Origin: Blepharisma stoltei ATCC 30299
Lineage: Eukaryota > Protista > Ciliophora
NCBI GenBank assembly: GCA_965603825.1
Contig: CBFDEM010000032.1
Location: forward strand, 310,001 to 374,000
DNA length: 64,000 nucleotides
Direction: 5' to 3'
In this document: positions 19,834 through 31,354 of the stretch, in pieces
Numbering within the stretch: position 1 is the first letter of the stretch
Layout of the letters: each line of letters starts with the position of its first letter
Notes under the pieces: model-generated
Seen by the model: the letters and a program-made list of their open reading frames with translations, nothing else
What the model was told of the DNA's origin: nothing
The model's database searches: none
Made by a program: the position numbers and the translations under genes

Positions 19834-22515
19834 ATGAAAAATAATTTACAGGCACAATTATCAAAATTGTCAAATTTTCAACTACCCAGGCCTCAGCTGA
19901 ACTCTCAATTATCAGGGGCAATAAAGAAACTCGTGACATTTTCTCAGCTAAATCCAAATATTATGAAAAAGAAAAATTCCGCCAAGCCCCTTAACGAGTT
20001 AATCAAAAATCGTGCCAAGTCAAAAGCAGTTGATTCAGAGCAGCTTATTTTTCAGAAAGATCCGAAATCAGAAAAAATTACAATAAAAACCCCAACTCAA
20101 AGACAACCTCCTGCAAAACCCTCCCTGAAAAAAACAATCGATTTTAATTTCCCTCCAAATGATTTTGAATTCCCGAAAAAGAATTTAGAAATCACCCCTC
20201 CAAAATGGCAACAATCATCTGAAATAAGCCCAGAGCGTCCTATAGTTAGTCCTATTAAGACTCACAGTTTCAAATCTCCTATAAAATCAACATTAACCAT
20301 TGCAGACTCTAGCTGATCAGAAAAATTTCCATGAAGCAGTTTTATAGACCAAATAAATCACGACGTTTTTCACAATGAATATTTTCGCCCGAACCAAAGA
20401 GAAGTAATTAATGCAGTTTTGAGTAAACGAGATGTCTTTGTTTGTATGCCAACTGGGGGTGGTAAAAGCTTAACATTTCAACTATCAGCCTTAGCTAGCG
20501 AAGGCATCACAATTGTCATAATGCCCCTAATTTCTCTAATTCAAGACCAAATGAACCACTTATCTGCTTTGGGGATCAACGTGCGCATTTTTAATTCGAA
20601 TCTGACTCAAGAAGAACAAAACCAAATTTACCAAGAAATTTATACGGATAACACAATTAAGCTTGTTTATATTACCCCAGAAAAACTAGCGCAAAGCGAA
20701 AAAATGAAGAGATTTCTAGATCAGCTGAATTTTGATAAAAGGATTGAAAAGATCGCGATTGATGAGGCACATTGTGTAAGCCAATGAGGCAGGGATTTTA
20801 GATCTGACTATTTAAAGCTGACCTATTTCAGAGAAAGATACCCAAATGTTCCGATTTTAGCATTGACTGCCACAGCAACTGAAAAAGTTAGAGAAGATAT
20901 TGTAAAAGTTCTTGGGATGAAGAATCCTTTGATATTTTTAACAAGTTTCAATAGGCCAAACCTTAGTTATGAAGTTAGGACAAAAAATAAAAAAGCTGTT
21001 GATGACATTGCGAATTTAATTAGACAAAAATATAATAATCAGACTGGGATTATTTATTGCATTTCTAAAAAAGACTGTGAGAATGTGTCAAAAGTGTTGA
21101 AAAGAACACATAAAATTAAAGCTGGGTTCTACCATGCACAGGTGCCACAGGAAAAAAGAGTGACAACACAAAATAAGTGAACTCAAGGGGAACTAAAAGT
21201 TTTGGTTGCAACTGTAGCATTTGGGATGGGAATTGATAAGCACAATGTCAGATTTGTAATCCATTATTCATTACCAAAATCAATAGAAAATTATTATCAA
21301 GAATCAGGCCGTGCTGGTAGAGATGGAAAACCAGCTGATTGTATCCTCTATTATAATTATTCAGACAAAATAAAGCAAGACTTTTTAATTCATAAGACTC
21401 ATAAGCATGAGAACCAGCAAAATCAGAATTTCCATCAATTACACTCGATTCTTGAGTACTGTGAAGACATTTTTACTTGCAGAAGGAAAATGCAGCTGTC
21501 TCATTTTGGCGAAGAGTTTGATCCAAAAAATTGTAATAAAACTTGTGATAATTGCAAAATAGGGAGAATTGCAATAGAAAAGGATATGACAAGAGAAGCT
21601 TTGATGGTAGTAAGAATAATGGAGGGTCCAAGGACAGGCCTAAATACACTTCATCAAATAGCAACACTGCTTAAAGGAGGAAATTCAAGAAAAAATGAAA
21701 ATTTAAAGTTTCATGAATCTTATGGACTATTAAAAATGCTAAGCATTGACGACATTGAAAAAATTCTCAGAAGGATGGTTATTGATGATGTGCTGAGAGA
21801 AAAATCTGTCAAATCCTTCAAAAATTTTTCTACAGTTGTAGAAAGAGGGCCAAACATCCAAAAGCTTAAATCTGGTGAAATTTATATAAGAATAAAATTT
21901 GAAGGGGGCAGAAATGAAAGAGCCTATGAACAGTATGAAAGTGATATCGACATGTCACCGCCCGAGTTCAAAACAATTCCCAAGCCAAAAATTTCACTTG
22001 AGAACAGCATTTTTACTCCAAAATTAAGTGATTTAAAGCAACTAACTTATACTCCCAAGCCTATTGATATTTCTGGGAAAAAGAGTTTTGATTATAAATT
22101 TGCACCCAAAACGGTAGGAAATGATTATTATACGAACAAAGAAAACTATTGCGAAAGCATTGAAATTTCCTATGGAAAATGCAAAACTGAAGAACTCTAT
22201 CAAGAGCTTTATGAAAGACTTGAGCTTGTCAGAAAAAGATTGGCAAGGCAACAAAAATGCAATCCTGAAGCAGTTGCACCTGACTCTTTTTTGCATACTC
22301 TATGTAGAGATTTGCCAATTTTTCAAGGAGATATCGCTGAGGAATTTGTTGAGGAAATAAAACATTTTGCAAAGTCAAATAAATTAACTGATGAAAATCC
22401 TTTCGATTTTGATTTAGATCTAGAAACAATTGACTTTAACTTCGATACAATGGAGTTAAAGAGAAAGAGTGATGTATCTGATGACAGAATTTCAAAAATA
22501 CCTAAGCTGGTTTAA
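19834..22515 (+). CDS. RecQ-family DNA helicase (BLM/Sgs1-like)
   Basis: One frame with TGA=Trp at 20314, 20332 (FP-W), 20785 ([14 protein letters not shown]) and 21178. Motifs [31 protein letters not shown], Zn-binding RQC CRR...CDNC. Confidence 0.95.
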
Positions 22516-23055
22516 TTATTTAAACATATAATTAATTTAATAAAATACAATTAAAAGTGAATGATATAATTTCAGGTTTTATTAGATATTTAATTAAAAA
22601 AACTAATTCTTATAATTATAATTTGGACATCAATACGATCGATGCCTGCTTATTAAGAAAAGTAAGCTTTGATAGATTTTTTTTATCTTAGTGAGCCACT
22701 CTAAGATTTCTTTCAAAATGTAAGTCTTTCTAGGAAATTGAGAGGACTGGATATAGCTTAATGCTAATAAATTTTCTTCCATTTGATCTTCTTTCAAGTC
22801 AAAATTCAATAGTCAAAATTAAAATAGGATTTTAAAATATTTTAGTAAGCTTAAAAACTAAAAGATAGCTCACGTTTTATTAATGCTATCTTGTTTCATA
22901 TTTGATTCACTTATGCATATCTAAGATCCCAAAAATCTCATTATATTCTAGCTATATTATGCATGAATTACTTACATTTCCAAAATCAGCCTTTTTATTT
23001 TTTCAAAAACTTCTAAATTATGTTTATTTCAGCTAAATAATTTTTTTGAATTGGA

Positions 23056-24096
23056 ATGGAAGATGAAATAAACCAAATAAATGATCATAAAATGACAGGG
23101 ATCGATTCAATCGAAGAAGATAACCTCCCATTTTCACAAAATTGAGAAGAGATGTCTTGGGACTCAGATCCTCAATTGGAAGATCACCAATATCAAGACT
23201 CTGATGAATATGAAGCTGCATACAGTGCTGGAGAATCTATAGGCGAAGAAGACAACTATGATGTGTGAGATGAAGATTTTGTAATTCCCTTCGAGGAGTG
23301 AAATAACCAGGAAAGTCTAGCTTATGATCCTGACTATCAGCGGATTCTATTACAGAGAAAATTATCAGAGGAGATCAGGCATGAAATGCCTTTTTACAAC
23401 GAAAGCATAGAGGAATGACAAATTATGTGTTATATGTGCCTAGAAAAAAAAATTGATTTCGAGGTCTTGGATTGTAAGCATAAATTTTGTAAATCATGCA
23501 TGACTCTTTTGATGATAAATTACATTAGCACAGGGAAAATTTTCCCAGATGAAATGAAATGCCCAAGCTGTAGCACACAACTATCAGAAAAGATTATATA
23601 TAAATATACAACCAAAGAGCAACAGCACAAAATTCTTACATTGAGAATCCAAATGAAAGGGCAGAAGCTTGTATCAGAAAATAAAGCAGTTCATTGTCCA
23701 GTTCCTGACTGTAATGGGTTTGGGTACATTTTTAAAGATGACACTATAAGTGCTTGCTCTGAATGCCATGCTGGGATCTGTGTTTTGTGCAAAAAAGGAG
23801 CTCATTCTGGCATGACTTGCAAAGATTATGAAGAAGTTAACCCTGAAGCAAAACTAGATGAGCTTATCATGAGTAGGAACTGAAAAAGATGTCCAAGCTG
23901 CGGAGCAGCTTGCATACGTGAAGATGGGTGTAATTTTGTAATTTGTGACTCTCCAGTTTGCCGTGGTAATCAAAGATTTTGCAATTTATGCGGAAAACCT
24001 TTAGCGGAGGAACAACATTACAGCCACTTTTTAATGGCTGGGCCATTTGGAAACATCTGCAACACCTTAGATGGTACACCAGAGCCGCCGTTTTAG
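23056..24096 (+). CDS. RBR (RING1-IBR-RING2) E3 ubiquitin ligase with acidic N-terminus
   Basis: ATG 23056, five TGA=Trp. RING1 CYMC...CKHKFCKSC...CPSC; IBR CPVPDC...CSEC...CVLC..H....C; RING2 W-KRCPSC...REDGCNFVIC...FCNLC; TAG 24094-24096. Confidence 0.88.
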
Positions 24097-24162
24097 ACTG
24101 TAGACTAGACACATTCATAAATAAGAATAATTAAGTGATCTATCAAAATGGACACATAAATT

Positions 24163-24600
24163 ATGCTGGATAATCCAAATCCTGTTATTCACACAGTCAC
24201 AAAGGCGTATAAAAGGCCTTCGGGAGCTTTGGATTCTGAAGAAATTTACAATTTATTGAAAGATATCAAAGATCCTGAGCATCCTTACTCATTAGAGCAG
24301 CTCAAAGTAATCAGTGTAGATCAGATAAAAATAAACCTGGAAGAAAGAACTGTGAATATAAAATTCACACCGACTGTTCCGCACTGCTCGTTGTCTACAA
24401 TGATCGGACTACAAATTCGAGCAAAATTGCTTGAAAATTTGCCGAGCTTCATGAAAGTTTTTATATTCGTTGAGCCTGGAACACATAGTCAGGAATTCGA
24501 AATAAATAAGCAACTTAATGACAAAGAAAGAATTGCAGCAGCAATGGAAAACCAAAATTTGATGAATATGGTACAAAATAACATTGGGCTGTGGGAATAA
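24163..24600 (+). CDS. CIAO2B: Cytosolic Fe-S assembly component CIA2 (FAM96/MIP18)
   Basis: IKDPEHPYSLEQL, FTPTVPHCS, NKQLNDKERIAAAMEN. Confidence 0.93.
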   Translation: MLDNPNPVIHTVTKAYKRPSGALDSEEIYNLLKDIKDPEHPYSLEQLKVISVDQIKINLEERTVNIKFTPTVPHCSLSTMIGLQIRAKLLENLPSFMKVFIFVEPGTHSQEFEINKQLNDKERIAAAMENQNLMNMVQNNIGLWE

Positions 24601-24764
24601 ATAGACTCTAATTAATTGAATATGGAGGAATTAATAACAAATTAATGAAGCTTTACAATGAGATGACAATAATTTAAATTTTTTATTTAAAAACGATTTA
24701 ATACCAAATTCGTAAATAAAGTAATGGCTTATGAAAAAATTTACCATTAAATCTGTAAATAATT

Positions 24765-25289
24765 ATGGGATGCAGTGCAATTAAGCTTCCTCCTGTTACG
24801 CAGGAGTCAATTTATGAATTTTCGATGCAAGACATTGAAGGTAATACTGTAGAGTTATCTAAATACCAAGGAAAAGTCATGATTATAGCCAATGTGGCTT
24901 CAGGTTGTGGCCTTACAAAACGAACTTATTGTGAATTAAATGAGCTGTACAGTAAATATAAAGGAAAAGGGTTAGCAATTCTAGCTTTTCCTTGTAATCA
25001 GTTTTTTTGTGGCGAGCCTGGGGGTAGAGAAGATATAAAATGCTGTCTGAGAAACAGCTTAAGGATTGATTTTGATATTTTTGAAAAAACTGAGGTCAAT
25101 GGCAAGAATGCATGCCAGATGTTTCGATTTTTAAGAGACAAAAGCTCATTAAAAGGAAAAAACATAGGATGGAATTTTGGAAAATTTGTTATAGATAGGC
25201 ATGGAAATATTCACAGTTATCACGGACCTAGAAAAATGCCTTTGAGCTTTGAGAACGAAATTATTAAGCTATTAGATGAACAAAATTAA
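24765..25289 (+). CDS. Cys-type glutathione peroxidase (GPx4/PHGPx-like)
   Basis: NVASGCGLT (Cys = TGT), LAFPCNQF, WNFGKFVID. Confidence 0.93.
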   Translation: MGCSAIKLPPVTQESIYEFSMQDIEGNTVELSKYQGKVMIIANVASGCGLTKRTYCELNELYSKYKGKGLAILAFPCNQFFCGEPGGREDIKCCLRNSLRIDFDIFEKTEVNGKNACQMFRFLRDKSSLKGKNIGWNFGKFVIDRHGNIHSYHGPRKMPLSFENEIIKLLDEQN

Positions 25290-25618
25290 ATATAATTCAA
25301 TTACTTCTATTTATAATTTATTATGTTTCAGCATAATTATAATGATAATCACTTAAAAAAAATGCTTATTTTTATCAGAATATCTCAGAATATTATGTTG
25401 TTATTTAACTAAACTACTCTATTCAATGAAGGACATATTAAGAAGATCTTTGAGTATTTTATCAAGAAGTTTATAAAATATTCATCTTTTTATTATAAAT
25501 TTCATTAGCATTTATAAGAATTTTATTTAAAATATAAATAATAAAATCTTGTGAAACCTTTAGATGATGGATTTACTATCGAAATAAAATAAATTGCTTA
25601 TAAAAATTCTTGTTATAA

Positions 25619-26063
25619 ATGGACTGTGGAAGCAGATATCACTCACATCCTAAATAGGGATTAATTTATGAATTTTTCAAGGAAGGTATGAGTTTTTTTT
25701 GACGAGTATCAAATATAAAGGAAAGTCTTAATTATGAAATTGCTGTTGCTTCAGGCGGAAAGGATATATCGCAGATATACAAAACATATAAAGATCAGAG
25801 CTTAGCCATTTGAAGTTTTTTGAGTAAGAATCTGATAGTTATGAGAACATGAAAAATGCATTAAAAAAGTTTTAGATACAAATTTGTGTAAATGGCACAT
25901 GCAAATGAAATATTTCGATTTTTAAGACAAAGAGTTCTTTGAAGAAAATAAAATTGAATGGAATATTGGGAAGTTTATTATAGATAGATAAGGTAAAAAT
26001 ATAAGGAAGTACCATGAGCCTTGAAAAATGCATTTGAATTTTTAAAGCGAAATTATAAAATAA
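25619..26063 (+). pseudogene. Decayed tandem copy of the glutathione peroxidase gene
   Basis: Colinear remnants of 24765-25289: aatttatgaattttt, aaatataaaggaaagtc, gttgcttcagg, tttcgattttaagacaaag, tggaatattgggaagtttattatagatag, aaaaatgcatttgaatttt...cgaaattat; broken by indels and TAA stops. Confidence 0.8.
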
Positions 26064-27124
26064 GCATAATTACAGCTTATTTTAATAATAAAGTCTCATT
26101 TAGTCTAGAGCAATCCTAACGAGGCCCTGAACTATACAGCACAATAATAATAAATAAAATAAATATTGATATATTACTAGAGTGTCAAAGTGCAGATTTA
26201 TACCGCTTAAAGACAACATCAATTATCTGGGAATAATTTTTAAAATATTTATTTGTGTCGAATTATTACAATTTTTTTTATCTATTTAAATGACCAATTA
26301 GATAGTATAAATTTATTAAATGTTTAAAATAATAATAAAAAATATAAGATTCATTTTTTAAATTAGTTTTTAATAAGCTAAGTTATATATGCTTTGAATC
26401 TGATATCATTTGCTAAAGTTTAGCAAATAAGAATGTACTCTTCAAGTATTAATTTTAAATTATTGATAAATAATCCATTTATTATAAAAATAAACTTAAT
26501 ATAAGTTGTTATTGTGATATTTCTTTCTAATTATTGGTTATTTTTGAAAAACTGAAAATTCAAATGATAAATAGAAGTAATTACAATATTATGCTAATTT
26601 TAGGTAAATATAAAAAAAATTTAGAGCTAATTAAAGAAAGTCAATTTTTCTTATAAATAAGACACTAAACTTCTATTATACCTGATAGCCTAATCTATAT
26701 ATAATGCTTATTCTCTATAATCTCAATTCAGAAATCAATAATAAAAGTATTTTGAGCAGAACTTAATTTTTTTTTGAATTAATCATGCTATTTTTATATT
26801 TTATTATCCATGCCATAAAGAGCATTTAATTATTCAACCCCAAGAATTTTTTATAAATAAGCGATTTGAAGTTTAGCAAAGATAATAATTCTACAGAGTA
26901 TTTGGACTTCTAAATATTGTTGCAAATTGATAATAGTTGCAATGCAATTCTATTCCGATTTTGTTTAATGATGCTCATTTCTGATTGGAGAAAAGAGTTA
27001 AAGAAAAATCGAAAATAAATTGTAATAAATCATAATTTCATTAAAAATCGTTTCAAAAACTTTTATAATTGACATTAAGTTGAATTTTAGTATTTATTAA
27101 AAAAAACCATAATCTTAAACCTTA

Positions 27125-28594
27125 ATGAAATCTGATATTCTTAATAATTTATTAATCATGACAAGATCTCACAGCACTCTTGACAGCTATGTTATTATTA
27201 AAACCCTTGGTAAAGGTGCAACTTCGAAAGTAAAGCTTGCCCAAGATAAAAACACTCAGGAATTTTTCGCAGTAAAAATATTTAATCCGCCAACTGAGAT
27301 AAATATCGAAAGATATCAAGATTCAATTGCTAATGAAATTAGAAGCTTAAAACTGATTTCGCATCCTGGTATAATAAAGTGTTTCGGGTTTAGCGAGAAT
27401 GGAATTTATATTCAAAAAAGAACAGGAAAGCTGAAGAAATGCACATATCTCGTTATGGAGGTTTGCCCTAACGGCTCACTCTATGATATTATATTTTATA
27501 CTGGGATTTTAAATGAGAGAGTATCCAGGTATTTATTCCACCAATTAGTTGAAGCTATAGAATGCTGCCACATTAACGGAATTTCTCATAGAGATTTAAA
27601 GCCCCAGAATATTTTATTTGATGAAAATTATAATTTGAAACTGTCAGATTTCGGGTTATCAATAAGTTTGCTTGGAAGAGATGGGTCTGGATATTTAGGA
27701 AGCACAGTAGGAACTGAAAATTATATGGCTCCTGAAATACACATGAGACTCGCTTATGTGGGGGCGCACATTGATATTTTTTCTTTAGGCGTCATTTTAT
27801 TTATCATTTGCTCTTATAACCCTCCTTTCACGGTTGGCTATTTGACAGACCCTTGCTATAATATGCTGATAAGCAATGAAAACGTGTTTTGAGATTTGCA
27901 CTCAAGAAACAAATCAGCTGGATTTTTTTCACCTGAGTTTAAATCACTAATTAAAGGTATGCTCGCATTTGACCCAAAGAAGAGATACACTATTGATGAT
28001 ATCAAAAGTGATAATTGGTATAATGGGCCTATTGCTACTGATGAAGAAGTAAACAGAGAATTAATGTCTAGGTGTCAAGCTGTTAGAGGTATGGTTGAAC
28101 AAATTAAGGAGCAAGGTACGAATCCCAGCAGAAGATCGACCGAGGCTTCTTCCAGAATTTATAGAGGAGATTCATCTTTGCCTGATTTTAAATCAAGATC
28201 TCTATCTCTCGCTATTGACGATCTTACAATAAGTGTTCTTCCAGAAAATTATACTTTTGTTAGAAAATTTTCTCAGCTTGCCACAGATTTGAAGCCAGCC
28301 GAGCTTATTAGCTTGACTGTTCAAGAAATCGAAAAAAATGATGGGCAATTTGAAATTTCACCAGAATTTTATGAGCTTAAGGCTACAATTTTCCTAGAAG
28401 AAAATGAGTTGAGTTTTAAGGCTACAATTTATCAAATAGAAGCCGATATCTATCTACTTGATTTGACATGCAAAAGTAGTGACCAATGGATTTTTATTGA
28501 TTTCGTGAAGAGACTTTTCGAATCAATAAAAGAATTTCAAAATTCTCTTGAGGAATCAAATCCACAAAATCAGACTGTTGCCCAATCCAATTAA
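27125..28594 (+). CDS. CAMK-group (AMPK/MARK-like) Ser/Thr kinase with KA1-like C-terminal domain (alternative ATG 27158)
   Basis: LGKGATSKV, FAVK, HRDLKPQN, DFG, GTENYMAPE; TGA=Trp at 27890 joins the two track ORFs. Confidence 0.9.
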
Positions 28595-28872
28595 CAATTT
28601 TTTCTTTATATTTACTTGATTTTGATAATATTATAAAATATATAAAAATATAAGACAGAGATCTTGCAAGAGAGAGTTTAGGAGCATAATAAATTATTCA
28701 TAGCGCTTCTAATTTTATTTAAAAAAGCTTTCATGATTGCATAACTTAATCGGTATTTAATGACTCATGTTTTCAATTGTTCTTGCATAATTATTAATTT
28801 AATTTTTCATTTAGTTCTTACTTTAAACTTACTTCAAAAGATTTCGTTGTTTTAGCTCTTAAATTCTTATAA

Positions 28873-29514
28873 ATGGATAAAAGAAATCAAGGTTTAATTT
28901 TAGCAAAAGCAAGATTAAAAGATCTTTGCAACGAAGATAAAGAAAAATTAGGGCAACTAATGAGCAAATTAGCAGAAGAAAAGCAAGGAAAAATGAAACT
29001 TGAACAGAGAGTTGGAGACTTGAAAAGAGAGCTAAAAAATTTGAGACTTGAAAGAGATGAAATGAAAGAAGAAAATGAAAAACTCAAAGATAAGTTAGAA
29101 GACTGCTTAAAAATAATGGAAAAAATAGCGAAAGTGCAAAAAACAGAAATTTCCGAGAAATCCACACAAACAATTATAGAGGAATGCGAAAATTTGAGTG
29201 ATGAAAATAAAAAGAGAATTAAAGAAATGTTTGACAGCCCTTTGCAAATTAGGAAAGAAAATAAATTAAAGAAATATATCAAGCGTTCAAATTCTAGCAC
29301 AGGGAAAATTGATAGAAATGATTCTAAATGAGAATTGAAAAATCGACAAGATTTCCGAAAATTAAAAAAGGAAATGATCGATAACCAGGAAGAAAAATTT
29401 TTCAATGAAAATCTTATTGATATGATTGAGGTGATGGAAAACGAAGAAAAAGAAGAAAGCTATTTTGATGATCCTATGCTAATCCAAATGATAGATGAGT
29501 TTGAATCTTTGTAA
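28873..29514 (+). CDS. Hinderin (KIAA1328)-like coiled-coil protein
   Basis: ARLKDLCNEDKEKLGQLMSKLA resembles the hinderin SLKDLCxEDKxRIAxLIxELA motif; TGA=Trp at 29329; TAA 29512-29514. Confidence 0.6.
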
Positions 29515-30219
29515 TAATTTTAATTAATATAAAAAAATTCAACCTAGCTTTGTAGTAAGATTCCTAAATTGTTTAATGATAATATATAAAAGGCTAATTT
29601 AATTTGTATTCTTAATATAAGAAAGGTCGAATAAATATGGAGTTTCAGTCGGTTTTTTAAGTTTATAAGTAAAACTGTTTCTTAAAGCTATGCTAAATTA
29701 TTTGAAATTAAATTTATTCATTCCTTATGTAATGCCTAAGAATTTAATAAGAACTATCAAAATCTTTATAATCAGAAATACTTTACATCTGATCAGATTT
29801 TTTAGTAATCATTTCTATCAAGAAAATATGAAAATTCCCACTTATCAGCTTACAATTCATATAATTATTTTCTTATAATAAATAAAAAACTTCCTTCTCA
29901 TTCAAATTATATAAATGTTTATAACTAAATAATTTATTTTTAAGTTTCTCCTCTCCTTAAACTTTATTTTTCTGTTCTCCATATCCATTACTCCTTATAG
30001 CGCTTTTCAAAATTTCTTTATAACTTCCTAAAAGATCAGAAATTTTCTTGTAGTTTATTTTTATTTCTCCTCTACAAAATTGCCTAGCCTTTTTTTTGCA
30101 TTCCTATTTTCTTTCCCTTTCCCTATAATTCATTCATATACCTTATCATTGAATTTCCTAATTTCTTTTTCAACTTCTCTCCTTTCCATTAGCAAATAAA
30201 TCACTTGTTACCAAAACCA

Positions 30220-30940
30220 ATGAATACAAAATTTAATATGAACACCAAAGCTTTAGAGTACCCTTTAACTCAGGAAAAAACTATTTATAGGTGGCCTTTC
30301 TGCCGAATTAAAAGAGCAAGATATTAAAGCCTACTTTGGCCGCTTCGGCCGAGTAGAAAAATGTTCATTAATTCTTGATAAAAATACGGGCCGATCCCGT
30401 TGTTTTGGTTTTGTAACTATGGCAAACCCAAGTTCAGTCCAAGTGATTTTGCATAGAAAGCATTTAATTTTAGGTAAAGAGGTTGAGTGCAAACCTGCTG
30501 TCCCAAAGGAAAAAAATGAAAAAGTGAATAGGAGTAGAAAAATTTTCGTAGGAGGTTTACTTCCAGAAGTAACAAATGATGAATTTTATGAGTATTTCGA
30601 ACAATTTGGAGATATTGAAGATAGTGTAGTTATGAAAGATAGAGTCACTGGGAAGCCCAGAGGTTTTGGATTTATTACTTTTACAAAGCAAGATTCTGTT
30701 GAAAAAGTTATGAGAAATTATTCAAATAATTTTATTAGAGAGAGATGGGTTGAATGCAAAAGAGCAACCCCTAAGGAAGAAATGAACAATTCTTTGCCAG
30801 CTATCGAGAGCAATTTAAGCTCGCCAGAATTGCCTGAAGGAGAACTTAAAAGGTCGTGGTCAGATAGAAATAGCTGTGATACGGAAGAATTGTGTAGGAA
30901 CCTGATTGACTATGTGCTTTCAGACGATGATAAAGAATAA
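30220..30940 (+). CDS. Two-RRM RNA-binding protein (Musashi/DAZAP1/hnRNP A-like); alternative ATG 30238
   Basis: After the 16-nt intron reads MNTKALEKKLFIGGL...GRSRCFGFVT; second RRM KIFVGGL...GKPRGFGFITF. Confidence 0.9.
30258..30273 (+). other. 16-nt spliceosomal intron (RRM gene)
   Basis: gtaccctttaActcag; required to put the ATG in frame with KLFIGGL. Confidence 0.8.
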
Positions 30941-31354
30941 ATGGCAGCTTTGCCATTGTAGTAATAATTAATAAATGTATATTTATAAAATAATATTTTA
31001 TACTTCTTATAGGAAAACAGACTTTAAGCTTTGAATACTTATTGGTGACTTAGCTATTTTGGTTAGATTCCGTACTAATTGGCTATTATTTTAATAAAAA
31101 TAGAGCCAATGGTTGAATTTGATTTTCACCAAATAAACGATTTAAATTTAAATTAATAGATTTCAGATTAAAATAAATATGAGTTCATTTGATAATGCAT
31201 GTTTCTGAAGTATTTTATATGATATTCAGTTAGTGAGTAATGCTATACTAAAAATAGTTTTATTATTATTGGATGTCTTAGAACATAATAAAGCTAAGAA
31301 AGTTATAGGTCTTACAAAATACCTATTTTAAAGTTATCGAGAATAAGTTATATA

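Noticed and set aside
24765-25289. Selenoprotein (UGA=Sec) interpretation of GPx, redoxins or other TGAs
   Set aside because: Catalytic positions are TGT/TGC Cys, and the alignable TGAs fall at Trp columns, not Cys columns.
26064-27124. Long AT-rich spacer as a retained IES or transposon
   Set aside because: No terminal inverted repeats, transposase remnant or recognisable boundaries; cannot be supported without germline/soma read comparison.
29690-29878. Short AT-rich track ORFs (29690-29878, 53110-53337) and antisense ORFs within SMC1, PI4KA and the ABC gene
   Set aside because: Intergenic-like composition or opposite-strand shadows of well-supported genes.
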